This document shows positions 1-41,327 of a DNA stretch of 64,000 nucleotides, in pieces (within the stretch, counting starts at the first letter, position 1; the number at the start of each line of letters is the position of its first letter). The notes beneath the pieces are model-generated. The model was not told the origin of the DNA, did no database searches, and saw only the letters and a list, made by a program, of their open reading frames with translations. A program made the translations under genes and the position numbers. Origin of the DNA: Podarcis bocagei (taxonomy: Eukaryota); NCBI GenBank assembly GCA_964188305.1, contig OZ076889.1. One strand, written 5' to 3'.

Positions 1-845
1 CTGGCTTGGCATGACTACATGAGCATACAGGCTCAGGGAGAGGAGCTCACAGTTGCTTCACCCTCCCTAGCCATTTTGCTCATTTACTGTGCTGCACAAT
101 GCTAATGGGAGCCGTGTGTTTTTGGAGCCCTTCACTTTATAATATAAGAAGAAATTCAGCAGTGGCTGCTGGTGACGCACATGCACAATGTACCTCAGAT
201 AAAATGATAAAACTATTATTATTTCCTCTTTCACATGGGATTCAATAACTAACTTACCTGGTTCAAACCTTTCCCAGAACCAATTAGTTCACGCTTCTCT
301 GAACTCTAATTTCAAGGTGTATGTTAGTTCAGATTTGCAGGAATTGTGTGTTTATGGTTCATTCTCATTTCTAAGGCATTGGGGTAACTGGAAATTGTAG
401 TTCGTTGCTTGTTTACTGTTTGTTTTATCCTGTCTTTTCACCAATGAGCTCAAGCTGACATAAATGAGGTTATACCTTTTTATTCTTAATGTTGTGGGGT
501 TAGTGACTTGCCCAAGTGTGTTAAATAAACTTCATGGCTGAGCAGGGTTTTGACTTGGGTTTCCTACATCCAACCCTAGCTATAGTAGCCACTTTGTCAC
601 ACTAGCCTTTTAATTTGATGTGTGTCCTTTGCTACACATACTTTGGTGGTTGATAGGGATCTGCCTGACTGTGCAGTGTGAAAAAGAACTTCTTGTACAT
701 CTTTGGTGCATGTTGCCTATTGCCAGTCCTTGTGTAACAAATTCATCAAGACCTTCAGAGGACGCCTATTCCCGCTTTGCTATTTGTAAGCACATTGCCC
801 AGGATTCTTCTCTTAATGCCTCTGCTGCATTGTCTGCTTTCCTAG

Positions 846-5923
<5,078 letters not shown>

Positions 5924-6072
5924 GTCTATTTTGAGGTCTTGTTAACCATTTCTTCTGTGTTACATAGTTCCTACATGCAATAATCTCTTACTATCAAGAT
6001 CCAGAAAGCATGTATGTGTATATATAATAAATTACCAAGTGTGAAGCTTGCAGATTATTGATAAACAGATAC

Positions 6073-6078
6073 AATAAA
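6073..6078 (+). terminator. Candidate HECTD3 polyadenylation signal (a second AATAAA is at 6626-6631)
   Basis: AATAAA hexamers downstream of the stop codon; actual use unknown. Confidence 0.35.
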
Positions 6079-7158
6079 ACAGACAGCCTGCCCCCTTGGA
6101 TTTTAGTGAGCCCAAAACAAAAAATGGGAATGGTGAAAAACTCTTCATTTCTGACACAAGTTGCCAGCAAGTGGACAATGGCATGTAGGATTCCAGAATT
6201 CAATAATTCTGGTTTCTTTCTCAGGAAAGATGTCAAACAGGAAATGCGGACAGTTGCAAAATATATTTGCTGTTAGTTAACATTTTAGAATATTCTTAAT
6301 TCTCTTCTGAAACCTATACCTCTCCCTAGGCTGCAATTCCAAACCCACTTACTTGGAAGCAAATCCCATGGACCTGAGGTGATGTTTATAAGATTCCTCT
6401 GTCAATCTTTCTAGCCAAAGATAAACATGAGGGCCACAGCTTAATTATAAGTTCTAGAGGAGTATTGGGGTTTTTTGCAGCGAAAACAAGAATCTTACAG
6501 CACCATAATGACTAGCATAAGCTAGTGGACTACCATCCACTGCATCAGATGTGTGTAGTGTTATCATGAGCCTATAGGTTTAGATGCACATTGTTTGGGG
6601 AGGAGGGTTGTAATAAGGAAAGGAAAATAAAGTACAGTGATAATTATGTACTTAATACAGTACCGGTAATTTGAAAAACAGTTCTTGATGACATCCTGGT
6701 ATTGATAAGCTAATTAGCACACATAATGTACTAAAAATCTATTCAATCGGGGGGTGGTGGTGGTGGTATATATTCAATCCACAAGCAATAGCACCATAAA
6801 TTCTTAGTACTAAATTACACTGCCTCCTCATTACACACCAACATTGTTAATGACTTCATCCTCAGGTTACAGTTCAGGATCCTCCTCTTTGTAGTGATTT
6901 CCATGCCTGCTTCTGTGCAGAACTACAGTTCAAAGTTTTCAATACTCCCTCCACCCACTTTTCTTCTTCCAAGTCTTCCTGTTTTTGTCTCAGCAGTTGC
7001 AGTGGTCAGCTCTGGCCACCAGTGGGCATTATGGCACCATAATTAAAAGGAGCGGTCTGACCATTTTAATTCTAATATTGTTTTGTTCAAATTGTTCAGC
7101 TACCCTTCTTACCTGTCCAAAGCATATCGGTATGGCACAATGGAGCCCAATATAATCC

Positions 7159-7310
7159 CATGGCCTGGCATAGCCAGGATTTTTTTGGGCGGGGGCAGAA
7201 CTTTGTGGGGGGGGGGGCAGAACCAATGTGATTGATCAGTTAAGTATTTCTATTGTTTTACTTGATGGGGGGCAGCTGCCCCACCTTGCCCCCACTTAGC
7301 TACACCCATG
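7159..7310. mobile_element. Degenerate GC-rich palindromic MITE-like element
   Basis: Ends CATGG..CATAGCCAGG and TAGCTACACCCATG are roughly complementary; internal G and C runs. Confidence 0.45.
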
Positions 7311-7899
7311 AGATAATATAATAACATAAGATGATGCTGTGGTTTAGGAAAAGTCAGCCCCTCCTCTGCTTTGCTGACTGTGAGGGGCCACACTCCTTCT
7401 AATCCCTGCTTCTATTTGATATTAGGCTTTCTCTGATACCACCTTCATTAAAGCCTTTCACCAAAGCTGTCCCGCGTTGGCTGAGGGAAATAGAACTGTG
7501 CTTGGCTAGCTGTTAGAGTCTGTTTGCTAAGATAGGCCGAGTTATGACATTCTGAAAAGAATTTGAGGGGTGGGGTGGGAATACAGAACCGGGAATATAC
7601 GTTTTTCTGGGGGATTGCTAAACACTTTTTGAAGATCAGCTTTCCAAAACAGCAGGGTCTGCCTGCTCCCAATGCTAAATGGAGACTGTGGCCCTCAAAA
7701 GCCACGAGCTTCACTTTACTCAAATAGCAGCAGTTACTAGTATTTATTTCCCAGTAACAGCAATGGGCTGGGTTTAATAGAAGAGGGGAGACGGAACACT
7801 CTGGCAAAATGGCTCCATTCATGGATCGAGGATGTACTGTCTGTATGTTGGCTGCCTGGGTGGGCCTCGGAGCTGAAGGCTATTGTAGCCGCATAATGG

Positions 7900-9150
7900 G
7901 CTTGATTGGTAATTGGGGAGGTGAATTTGGCGTGGGGGGAAGGGACGGTGTCATCTCTGCAGCTGGGCTTTTTGTCATGCAAAGCGGGGCAGGAAGGGAA
8001 GCTTAAATCCCGCGACTTCACAGCACCTCGGAGCTGCTCTTCAATGCTCCTCTCCTCCACCCCACCCGCTTTCTCTTATCTCGGCCGGCGTGGTTCTTGC
8101 AACCCTCCCAGCCGTTTCCGCCCCTTCCCGGGTTTCCCCACATAAGAGTCATGAGAGCCTTGGGGAATTTGGGGAGGCGGCGAGCGGGACCGTGTGCAGT
8201 TTTTGCTGCAGGGCTAAGCTCAGTAAATTAGGCGAACACCACCGCCTGCCCTGGCGATGGCAGCTTCCCTCCCCTGTCTCAGGCCTGCGAATCTGACAGG
8301 GAGGAAGAGGGGCTGCTGGAGGTGCCGGCGGGCCCCCTGAGGAGAGCGACAAGAAACGGGGATTAGCCGGGGATGCCGGGGCTCCCCTGCTGGGCGAGGA
8401 CGTGTAACTCCCCGACACCCTGCGGCGGGGGATTAATTACAGACCACACAGCAGGCCAATAAGGGGCACCGAGAGCGCCGCCGCGCGCGGACAGAGGGCC
8501 GCGCCCCGGGCTCCAGAGCGCGCCTGCTGGAGAGTCGTGCAAAAGGGGAACATTCATTTCTGTCCTCTCTCGACGTCGCCACGATGCGTGAGGGAGGAAC
8601 TGCAGGTGGCTCAACATTGCGCGCCGGTCCGGGTGGGGATGAGGCCCCAGGCCACGCGCGTCGAGTAGCAGGACGAGCGCGCAACTCGCAGGTGCAAAGG
8701 AGAGCAAGGGCTCCCGCGCCTCCTTTAATAAGTCGTGCAAAAAAGGGAATTTCAGCCTTTTGCATCGCCAGCTGTTGCACCTGCTGAAATTCTCAGCTCA
8801 GCTGTGAAAGGTGTGGCGGAGCCCTGCTCTCCGTTGCATGTGGCTCGCTCTCTACCCCGTGGTTCGGCAGGGAGCGGTTACTTGACTGAACCTAAACCGC
8901 AGGTGAGGACAACCTGCCACCTTTTAAGTCAGCCATAAGCGCCTAGCCTTTAAGCAAGCACGTGACCTCACTATGCGGTGCACGGGGTGAGAGGCGCTGA
9001 GGCGCGAGCGGCTTCATAGGTGGAAGCAGCAGAGCGGGAGTCGCGGCTGAGGAAGCAAGGTTGAGTCGTGGGTTGGTTAATGGGTCACTCTCGGGGTCTC
9101 TTGGGCTGGTTTTCACACAAAAGCTGCTTGAGAACAAGCGCGAGCCGACT
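7900..9150. promoter_or_regulatory. CpG island with promoter- or enhancer-like motifs and no associated coding gene found
   Basis: Much higher GC and CpG density than the flanks. TGATTGG 7903-7909, TTAATTA 8433-8439, GLI-type GACCACACA 8442-8450, CCAAT 8456-8460, E-box CACGTGAC 8959-8966. YY1-like CAAAATGGC just upstream at 7805-7813. Confidence 0.7.
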
Positions 9151-10049
9151 TCTTGTGACTGATAGCATTCCCAGCAGGGGGCACTGTAGTCTAGCCCATG
9201 TGTGAAAGACCCGAGATTGCTTTCAGCCAAGCCAAGGGCGCTTCCAGACGGATGTCTATTGTGGAATCGGTGCTGTTCCAGCATGATTCCCCCCCCCCCC
9301 ACCGTCTCCAAAACATTGCCATCGAGATGACAGCCCGCACTTTCCCCACATTTATTGTGGCTTTTGTCATGCAGCAGAAAATCTGTTAAGGAACAAAAAT
9401 GTAACTCTTTATTAAGAGTTTTGGTACAGTGAAATACTGGTGTTGTGCAAAAACTTGGCATTAAGCAACAAACAAAAAAAACACCAAATAGAAATAGATA
9501 CTGTCCACCCTCCCCACTCAAAAGCAGCACCCTCCATATTGCCAGTTTTGAAGCATGATAGCCAAGGGCTGGTAACATTTGCCCTTCCACTCTTTAAAAT
9601 TTCCAGTGATTTCTTTTGGAAAAGGTGTATGCACCTAGGTACAGAAATACTTGTGTGTGAACCCAAAATGGAGAACAGTAGTGGAGGGTGACACTAGTAA
9701 CTGAGGAGAGGGCCCAGAAACTCAGCATGGAAGTTTTCCATCAACGACCACCGCCTGCTGGTGTGAAATGAAAAACGTAAAACTGAAAAAACTGAGTGCC
9801 AATTGCACATTCAGAAAAAAATAGATCTGAACAGCCTGATAGTGACATAAATTTATTGTACTGAAGCACCACAAGACTTGGCCTGTGAGACAGTTGAAAG
9901 ACGTTTCTTTCTTTTGCCCCACAGGTCCTGTGTGCTTTCATTCTGTGTTTTCTGTGTAGATTGAGCTTTCTTTAGGGCTGTAGAAGACTATTTTTGCTTT
10001 GCAGCCTAAGAGTGCTGTGTAAGGGTTTTTCTTCCCATATGAACTGACC

Positions 10050-10355
10050 CAGACCCTGCAATCATCATCTGAGGCCCTTCTTCATGTGCTTCCTGCATGA
10101 GAGATCTGGAGGGTGGCAACATGCGAATGGTGCCTCCCTGCTTGTGGAATGCTCTTCCCAGGGAGGCTCACCTGGCGCCTTCCTTACATATCTTTAGGTG
10201 CTAGGCTAAAACATTCCTCTTCTCACAGGCTAATTAAACAATCTATGGCTTTTAAAATTGTTTATGTTTGTCACTGTTGTGCATTTTTGTGCTTTTATAT
10301 TGTAAGCCACCTGTGATTGTCAAATGAAGGGCAGTATGGAAATTTAATAAATAAG
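10050..10355 (+). mobile_element. L2-like LINE 3' fragment
   Basis: TGTGGAATGCTCTTCCCAGGGAGGCTCACCTGGCGCC...TGTAAGCCACC...GAAGGGCAGTAT...TTTAATAAATAA; opposite-strand relative at 23105-23398. Confidence 0.65.
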
Positions 10356-13300
10356 TACATTAATTACCATCTTTAACCACTGGCACTGATTTAGTAGCGC
10401 AGCTAGGCAGGAATGAGCCAGCGCCTTTAAACTCAGGCCTAGACAAACTGGAAGTAGACCATCACTAATAGCTATTGTCTTCTGACTAGCGTAGCTTGCT
10501 CCTTCAAGGCCTTCTCTGTTGCTCTTTGGGTTAAATGTGCTTGCAAGTGGGCCAAGTGCCCACACACTAGAGTCTGTTCTCTAAACTTTTAACAGCACAA
10601 CTAACCTGTTCAGGGCCAACATGATATCTCAACTAATCAGCTTTAAGGGCATGGATTGGACCTCTAATATGTACTATCAAGTGCACTATTCTGGCTTCTT
10701 GAAGAAAGGAAAAGAAAAGAAGCAGAGATTGAACTCCTGAAGTCTGTCTATCTAAGAGTAACAGAGGCCCAATTCACATTTTAGCCACTGAACATGGAGT
10801 ACAAAATACATAGCGCAGCATTGGTCAGTGATGCACCTGTATATAAAGGGCAAGTGGCAAAAATATGTAACATTGCCTCAGTATATATTTTTATTAAGAA
10901 AAGCAACTTTGAGAGGTTGCTGTTTCGCATGAGGGAGCTGGAGGCAAAGGATGCTTCATACATTTCTTGCTTACTGTCCTATTCTAAATTTAGAATAAAA
11001 ATGAGAAAAGGCAGTGGAGTGATTTTATGAGAAAACAGCAGGTGAGAAAAGGGTAAAGCACTCATTCCTTTCCCCACTATTTTTCCACTGAAAATTGAGC
11101 TTTCTAAAGCCATCTTTGTTAACAGAAAAGGGTCTAATGTGTTGCTGTAGAGTTCATCAACATGCTGCATGCCACAGGAACACATGCACCACCCACAAAG
11201 GCCTTCTCTGGCACCCTTCCTTTGTTTCCTCCTCCCACTGTGATGCTTGAAGAATTGTAGCCAATAGAAGTGTGTGTGGCTTGGTTGTGGCATGTGCATG
11301 CTGCCCATGAGAGGTTGTCCTGTTTGTAAATGTGCCAATGGGCCGCATATTATTTGTCCCTAAATGGCCTTTTTCCTGCCCCCTGAAATATACATGGAAG
11401 TGGCTGTCAGGAAAGGAATAGGCTGTACACTATTCATAACTAATGCACTGCCTGGGTATTTGCACTCAGGAATGTATAGCCAAAAACGAGAAGTTAAAGA
11501 GAAAATTAACCTAGATAGAGATGGTGCCAAAGAAGAGATAAGATAAACTCGGAAAGAGATGAGGGAAGAAGTTCAGGAAGACTGCAGATGGTGGTAATTA
11601 TGAGTCACTTAATGAGGAGCTCAAGACTAAGCCATAGGCTGCTACTTGTAAATTCTATCAGGTTCTTGCAACATGCAGAATTAATGGCTATAACATAGGG
11701 GGAGAACATGACAAGGAGCATCTGCTATGTCAAGAAGTGTTTGAACAAGGAAAGAAAAAGAAAAATCTTGTGGCAGTATCTCATAGAAGAGTTCCAAAAG
11801 CGAAAGTAGAAGTGCAATAGGCTTGAACAAGAAGCTTCTCCTCCCTGGGAAACGTGGTGATATCATGCTGAGAAGCATCTTGCAGGGGGAAAGAAGAGGC
11901 AGGTAGTGGGAGCAGGGTGTTTAATGTTCAGACACAAAGTCTGGATCCATACAAACTGCTGAGTGAACCATATTTTTAATTCCCAGACCACAGTTGTTTT
12001 AAATGGACTAATAGATATGCACATCTGTTGAGAAGGGAAGGGTTGGAACTAGCAAGATTTAAGAGTTCTCTTCCACTGCTCTCCATTATTCTAATCCAAC
12101 ATTCTTTCCCTTGGGAGTAACCACTGAATTTTGAACAGAAGTTGCACATTGCTATATTCTGCCTGCCCCCCAGTGCTTTAGTTGCTCCCATAGACAATTT
12201 CTCTCTGCAAAGAAATAGCAAGATACAAAGCAATTGTGGGGACACCTAATAGGGCCATCAAGTCTGATGGACTTCTGTGAAGAGGGTGCCCCTTACTGAG
12301 TCTACAATGCTGCCTGTGTGTGTGCAAGCTCTGGTCTCAGTTTGTTTTTCTTTATTCTGCTTGTTGCTCTGCTTGCGGAATCTGCTCAGCTGTGGTCCCT
12401 GTGGCTGCTGACAAGACAACCTCCTAGCCTGCCCGCCCACCCCCCTTTGGCTGGGCTGCACCATGCCGGCTTCCTGAACACACTGGAAAAATAAACACTG
12501 CCAGGCAGCTGCAGTACAGCCATTGCTGAGATGGGGTTGGAGGCTCAAGAAATTGATCGTGCCAGGGAGGGCAATACAGGGCTGGGGGGTGTTGTTCCTG
12601 GGCCAGACTCCTTTCCATACTTCTGAACTTACAGTGTCTTACTTCCAGCATAATAAGTGTTGAAAGCAGACACAGGTTGTGTCTAATTACATAGTCCCTC
12701 TCTGCACTTTCCAGGGAAGCAAAGATAATGTTTATCCCACTGGACAATTGCTTCCCACTTCATACACCTGTTTTCTGCTGGTTTGTGGAAACCTGTGCAT
12801 ATTTATAACATTAATTGAAGTTTATAAAGAATTGAAACTAAGTTGTCACCCCCAACCAAGTTGACAGGCTGGTTGCAGAAGCTGATTTTCACAAATTGTA
12901 CTTGACTACATTTTCTGCATCTGTAAATTGCACGAAAAATTACACTAAGTAGAAATGTACATTTGCTTTTAAGTGATCTCTCTTTAGCTTTATTCTGTCT
13001 CCTCAGTAATATTCCCACATCATAAATTCAGATCGAAAGTAATTTAGTACCACCTGTGAAAATGTCCAGAGACAACACTCAAGGCAAGGCACACAGATCT
13101 TTTCTTCCTTTTTTAAAAATGAAGCACAGTATTTGCTGAAGACTGAAAAAAAGTAAACTTTGGATGGTTCCCTCTAGCTCCTGCACCAGTACTTTCCATG
13201 CTCTATCAGGCCTTGAAAATACATTTTAAATTGTGTGAACAGGTTAGTCAGAATCAAATATGCAAATTATATTAAAATGTTTCCTTTAACTAATTAATCC

Positions 13301-13749
13301 AAAGCTTGCACTTTCTTGGGGCAGGATTTGAACTTTCTGGGAGCAGAAGAACGTCCAGCTATGCATGCATCATCATATATATTAATTATATATAATGTGC
13401 ATCCTTACTCATGCATACACAAACTCCTTTTGTTCATCAACACACACTTCTCTAAGATGGAAGTCTAGAGCAAAACAAGACACAATGTCAGAAATCTGCG
13501 ATGGGATTGCATCCTCATTAAGTTTTACCAAATAATAGCCAAAAGGGAGATTCAGACCAGGACAGTGGTGCTGAGGAGAAAGGCGTTTAACCCTTTCTCC
13601 CAGCACCATTTCCCAGCTTAAAGCTTCCTCCCCCAGCTGTTATTTGTCTTGTTAAGAGAAACCTATGCGTACAGCCTGCATCAATCTAGTAGGTACACTC
13701 TTGACTACAAACACAGAGACTCCAAAGCAGGGACCAAAGAACTTCACAC

Positions 13750-16700
13750 AGGCACCATCAGAAGATAGGTTTATATATAATATATATTTACTTTTAAAAA
13801 TAAAAACTTCCATTGCAAGGCTAGAGGTCTGTACAAACTACAAAAATAAATCTTTTTTCTTTTCATATAAATAATTTATATGGCATGACAACATTTCAGG
13901 TTAAAAGGTCTCCAGCACACCTGCTACATACTCACATGCACACGCGCACACAGATACACACATGCACACACAATGTGTCCCCCTTTCCACCGTTTCCTGT
14001 GCTTTGCTGGTCACAGACTTGTTGGCGGGGGGGGGGCGCGGGGGGGGAGGAGAAACACAATTTCTATTGTGAGTTAGCTAGAAGCACTTAGCAGTTTTTT
14101 AAGCAGTGGGTGGGTGGAAAGGAGAGCGGGAGAAGTGGGGCATACATGTCAAATGTTGCTAGGTTCTACCTTTGACTGGTTTCTGGTCTAAATAGTTTCA
14201 TGGTAAGAAAACAGGACAAATCTAAATGGTCAGAGGAATCTCTGCCACATGTCAAGTTTCTGTGTGCAGGGAATTCTCTCCAGATTCTAGAAGCAGTTCT
14301 TAGTTTTAAATCAACTGAATTAATCCATTTTAATAGAAGGCCCAATCCTATTGAAGCTGCTAAGGGGGTCCACACAACCAAAATGTGAAAATCTCAGCAG
14401 AAACTCCCTTGGCAGCAAGAAGTGAATAGGCAATCCGGCATACTTTGGGGGATATAATTACAGCAGTTATTGGGCGAAAGGGAGGGGGAATATAAAGTGC
14501 CTGCGGTCGAGAAGGAAGAATGTCACTGAGGAAGTGGATTCAAAGGTGAATCAGCCCTGCTATCTCACACAAGTAAGCTATGGTGCGTCAGTCTCTGTGC
14601 CCAAAAACTACACACAATTTTATGCCCAAGTGGGTCAGAATTTCACACAGAGCCCCCAAGGGACAACTCCATGTTGGCAAAGAACAGCTAGAAGACATCT
14701 GCACTTCTTAATTTATCTCATTCTAAAGACAAAGTTGTAAAGTGTTATTCCACTACAAATGTCAGTGCCGCCGAGAAACTGGCAAACTACTTGTGTATAT
14801 AATTGCAGTGCAGAAAGATGTTGAGCAACCTCTGCAGTTGGAGGGGTCTCTTCCTGAAGCCCAAAATCTCCAAACCTGCAATCGGGAGTACCTAAAGTTA
14901 TTTCACTGTCTTAAGTGAAAAATACATTTGGTCCCAAACCTTGCATCTTGTTGAAAGAAATGTGTGTGTGCTGAAAATTGTGGCACATCCATCAGGTTCC
15001 AAAATCACTCAAGAATCCTAACAAACAGAATATTTTTCCCCCAGCTGCCATCTTTTTACTTTAGAGTAGGTCAGAAAGAAAGAAAATAACTTTTTTTTTT
15101 TTTAAGTATTGTGTTTCAGGATTTAGGTTGTGAGCTGTTGTTTTGTGATTGATGCACAGGGCAGATCTGGCCAGAAAACTGCACTTTGAATTTTGTGCAA
15201 AATTCTGATTTGTGTCCTGAACCAGAATGGAAAAACTGAAACATTTCATAAAGCAATTTTGACTTAGCTATGTGGAAACCAAGCATGTCAGATGGAAATG
15301 GAACTGGTCCTTGAGAACCAATCCTGCTGCCAAGCGACAGTTCATTTCTTGTTTTTCAGCCAAAGAAGCTGAACCGGAAAGAGATCATTCAGAAACAGAA
15401 AAAGCAACCACAGCACTCATACTTTTGGGCAGGAAATGGAATGTTTTGCCCAACTCGTCTCTCCCGTTGAATATTTTCTGCTCTGATTACTACATAGGGA
15501 TGTTTTTAGGTGGGAGAGAATCAAAGGATAATTTTACACATGATTTTTTTTCCTACACAGAAATATTTGTGAAGAGATGGGGGGGGGGGAGTTCTGTACA
15601 CCATCAGTTGTGAAGGTGCAGCATGAATGTTTGTGCTGAAAGTATGCAGGTCAGGAAGCTAATAATCTCAGTATAGGAAAAACATGTGTTGAAAAACTCA
15701 AAACGGTACATTGTCCTTAACAAGGGCAATGAATGGCTGAATTTACCACAAGGTCGCCCAGCTTTCTTATTAAAGTAAGCTTAAATTTCCATTTGAAACA
15801 CTTCCTTCGTAAACCAACACAGTACACATACATTTTTGTACTCAGGCAGCAGTCTCAGACTACAAACTCACTTGTGAGAAGTACCTCTTAAAACATGGAA
15901 GCAGAAAAAACATAAACCCATATAAACTGCTCTTCCAGAAAGCCCTGCTCTGATCTCCATCTGTGTGGGGTAAATGTCCTGCAGGGCCCAAAAACCTGCC
16001 CTGAATGATTCTCATCTTCTGTTAGTCACAAATTATTCCTCAATGATATTCTCGGGAAATGATGAAGCTTAAAATGTAAATTCTAAAAGGAAGTACTTAT
16101 GGGACACTTGTGTGATGGGCTACCTTGGACTGATAAAGAGGCATGCAAGCAAAAAGAATAGGGCAGAAAGGTTTTTGTAGTGTGGGATAGGACAGGGAGG
16201 AATTTAAAGGGTTTGCAACAGCCAGATGGCGAATGCTGGCATAGGCAGACATGCCGGTGGAAGCAGGAGCAGAGTGCAGCCCATCCCACACAGCTTGCAT
16301 AGAAGGCGCTAAGACACATTGTGCCCCTCCATTGCATGCTCCCTCCACTCCACACGCCCAGGGGGTCCTCTCTCCATTACCACCTCACCCTGGTGTTTCC
16401 CCTTAAAGGGATACGCCACTTTTTTTTTTTTTAATGAGGGAGCTGTAAAAATAATAAAAAATAATTATTATAATTATAAGGGGGAGGGTTCGTGACTCTT
16501 TTTTATACAGCTTAAAATAATAATATTAATATTAATAAAAATAAAAGAATAGCAGCACAATGTGGGAGGAGTTTCCCCACGCACAAGTTGAGTCCTGTTC
16601 TCTCCATGGGAGGGTCAGTGTTTGGGCAATTCTCTCGCCCTGCCCCGATGACCGCCATGAGATGGTTCACACAGCATATGGGGAATTGTCACTTTCATTT

Positions 16701-17148
16701 TCCAGGTTCGAAGGGATTGGAACTTTCCCTGTCTGCAGGTGAGTGGGCACAATGTTATCTGGGCTATCACAGTCCAATGTAAGGATGCAAACTAGGGATG
16801 TTTTGAAGCCAGAAGTCCTGGTAACCAAGAAACCCAGCATGTTTTTGGTGGCAGATAACACCTAGAGAAACATGGGAAAGTGGAGTACCAGGTGCTGAGA
16901 GATTCTCCCATCAACCTTTTCACGGCAGTAGCTCATCTGGCCTCCTTGCTCCAGTTCCCAAAGGCACTGTCTACAGTTGTTTAAACACAGTGCAAGAGCT
17001 TCCAGGTATCCATCCTGCTTCACAGTCTGCGGTGTGTGTGTCTGTGTGAACAATCTGGGCCCCTGACCCCACCAGGGATACTGTGCACATCCCATCCCTG
17101 AGGCAGGAGTTCTAGACCCAAGGTCTTGGGCCTGGCAAAAGTGAAATG
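13750..17148 (-). other. PTCH2: Probable long PTCH2 3'UTR (~3.4 kb)
   Basis: No recognisable transposons; AU-rich blocks; candidate 3' end near 13750-13800 with AGTAAA/TATAAA variants followed by GU-rich sequence on the - strand. Confidence 0.45.
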
Positions 17149-40693
<23,545 letters not shown>

Positions 40694-41327
40694 CTGGAGG
40701 GAAAGGGAAAGAAACACTGGAGTTAATATACCTCCCACTTACCTCTGTCCTCTTACTTGGCTCTTCGCTTATTCACATGAGAGACCCTAGAACTGAGAAT
40801 AGGCCCACAGGGGAACATCATGCAGTCTGGTCTTCCCTTTAACACATGTATTCTTCTTCACATTATCATGGTTAAAAGAATACATTTCCCCAACCCTTGG
40901 AAGATTTAACTAGTAGACTGATTACTCCAATCTGTGTTGGTTGTCTAATTAATTAAAACAAATTAAAAGACACAGAGATGTGTTGTGCTTGATCACACAT
41001 AGTATTTTAAAAAAACAAAACAAAACACAGCTGCAGAGGTAGAAGTGAGGAGAGGCTCAAGAAGGAGTGGTATTGCTTGATAAGCTCCCCACCTAGGAGC
41101 AAAATCCTACTGGAGAGGAGGCAGGTGTTCAGCAACTTGCAAGGAGCGGTTTTACTGGGGGAGGTGGACACCTGTTGGAGGGAAAGAGCTAAGAACTGCC
41201 TCCCCCACAGTCTTCCACTGTAATTGCAGCTTCTGGGACTGTATTTTATTTTTGAAAAAGAAAGGGAAAGGGCGAGTGGAAGGAGAAACTACATATTGAG
41301 AAGCTGCTACCAACACAGAGAGCTATA

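Noticed and set aside
8943-9590. 215-aa - strand ORF beside the CpG island
   Set aside because: Non-ATG start, no recognisable domain, and it runs through homopolymer tracts.
16420-16435. ATTAAA followed by an A-run on the - strand as the PTCH2 poly(A) site
   Set aside because: The hexamer merges into a genomic A13 run, a typical internal oligo-dT priming artefact.
40694-40756. Consensus-like donors (GAG|GTAAGT at 40742, CAA|GTAAGA at 40756) just upstream of the exon 3 acceptor
   Set aside because: The implied introns of 49 and 63 nt are below typical vertebrate minimum size, and no coding exon 2 sequence lies upstream of them.
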